From Antedon mediterranea (taxonomy: Eukaryota; Animalia; Echinodermata): a stretch of DNA of 64,000 nt. The translations under genes and the position numbers were made by a program. Of the stretch, positions 62,611 through 64,000 are shown in pieces. Positions within the stretch are counted from its first letter, which is position 1, and the number at the start of each line of letters is the position of its first letter. A model generated the notes under the pieces. The model was not told the origin of the DNA and made no database searches. It saw only the letters and a program-made list of their open reading frames with translations. The stretch is from NCBI RefSeq assembly GCF_964355755.1, contig NC_092671.1:2542001-2606000 (forward strand). Reading direction: 5' to 3'.

Positions 62611-64000
62611 TGTAAAAACCTCCATGTCATTTACTACAAACACATTTTATTTGCCTTTTGTTGTCATTTTGTAACGAAACTGATTGAACAAAATAATAAA
62701 AATGTATACATCTACATAACTTTGACAAAATTATCAATAATCAATTATTGAAATCTGATTTTAATAGCTTTAATCCTAGTTTTGCTAAATATACCTAGAC
62801 TCTCAGTAAATATCTAGGGATACTAAAAAGAAAAAAAAACATGATCCAGGGAACTACTTTTTGATATATATTTTGACTTTTAATTTATGTTAGCACTCCC
62901 CCTGGAACCAGACCCCAGCAAGAACCCAGTAATACCAACCTTATACTAAGAAGCCAATCTGGTTTAATATTAATTAAATAATAATTATGCATTATTATAA
63001 AATTCATATTTTAAATATAATAATTTTGACATTACGAACTTTAAACTTTTTCTTTCACTTGAATATGATGGTATTTGATAATAATAAATGAAAATTATCA
63101 AAATAGCATTATAATAGCATCAACAATGATAAATTAAAGATTTAATGAGATAATTGAATAACTGACTTTGATCTAGAACACAGTAAAGCCGACACAAATA
63201 GACTAATGGAATGCAATCTCAGCTAACCAGGTATTTGAAGTTAGCCAGGTTGTTAATGATAAATGAATACTATACTATATGAAATGTTTCAACTCAAATG
63301 TTGTTTATTGATGATGTACCTTTATAGGGTTTTTTTATGCACTTTAAATGGTTAGAATTGTTGTACTATTTTATTGGGTCTATTATTTGAGGTTTAGGGT
63401 GTTAATTCAAATGAATATATAATAAAATATTAAAGAAATATTTCTCAAACGCAAATATATTTAGCAGGTTTGCATTTTAATATTATTTTAAAGTATAATT
63501 TTTTTGTTCTCTTTTGTGGACACATTTTTTTTTATAGGTTTTGTGGACAATACTTGACAGTACAAGATTAATATTGTGTCCCTTTTTCTTTCTTTCTTTT
63601 ATTTCTACCATATCCAAATTCTATGTTATAATCTTTGTGATCTGCAGATCATTCTGGCTAACATGGTGTAAATAAAGGGTCAAAATACCATCAAAATACT
63701 CCCTCCACTTTAAATTGACAGGACCTCTTCAGGGATATTAATAAATAATGTTACCAGATGTGAAAGAAAGATAAAATATGTATTCAACTGGCTATAAACA
63801 TTGATTCTGCTGGCTCATAAAGTATGGGGAAAAGTTCTAGCCTCTGAGGGGGGTAAATTATACCCTCTAAGGGGTAAATGTAGGTTACATATCATGAAAA
63901 ACATTGATCTGGTTCCGTTTGGTTTCATATGTTCCCCCGGGATTCATAGCGATGTTATACATCATTAAATATCTGATGCCTGATTTGTAAATGAGTGATA

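Overview
AT-rich, intron-dominated DNA from an invertebrate animal. The repeat families (Nin/Deu-domain SINE, Penelope-type ribozyme, Helentron-type elements, PIF/Kolobok/pogo MITEs) fit a marine invertebrate such as an echinoderm, but the taxon is only inferred. Most entries in the supplied ORF track are spurious. Two spliced genes can be reconstructed by eye. (1) Minus strand: the 5' part of a tensin gene, with a 115-nt C1-domain exon at 3179-3293 and candidate phase-0 first coding exons at 15863-15943 and 55239-55337 (weaker candidate at 38494-38523), so most of the window is probably tensin intron. (2) Plus strand: the 3' end of a gene for a cell-surface protein made of recently tandem-duplicated Ig-like-domain plus acidic-linker exon pairs (604-873, 1272-1328, 2051-2320, 2743-2799), ending in a hydrophobic GPI/TM tail exon (4443-4537). 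The two genes are interleaved: the tensin C1 exon lies in the last intron of the Ig gene. The most striking small feature is an intact minimal type-I hammerhead ribozyme (143-187, minus strand, sense to tensin) in a ~165-bp insertion in a (TA)n tract, present in only one copy of the duplication. The rest is MITEs, SINEs, two Helentron-like elements carrying CRE palindromes, an LTR with PBS, tandem repeats and putative regulatory islands.
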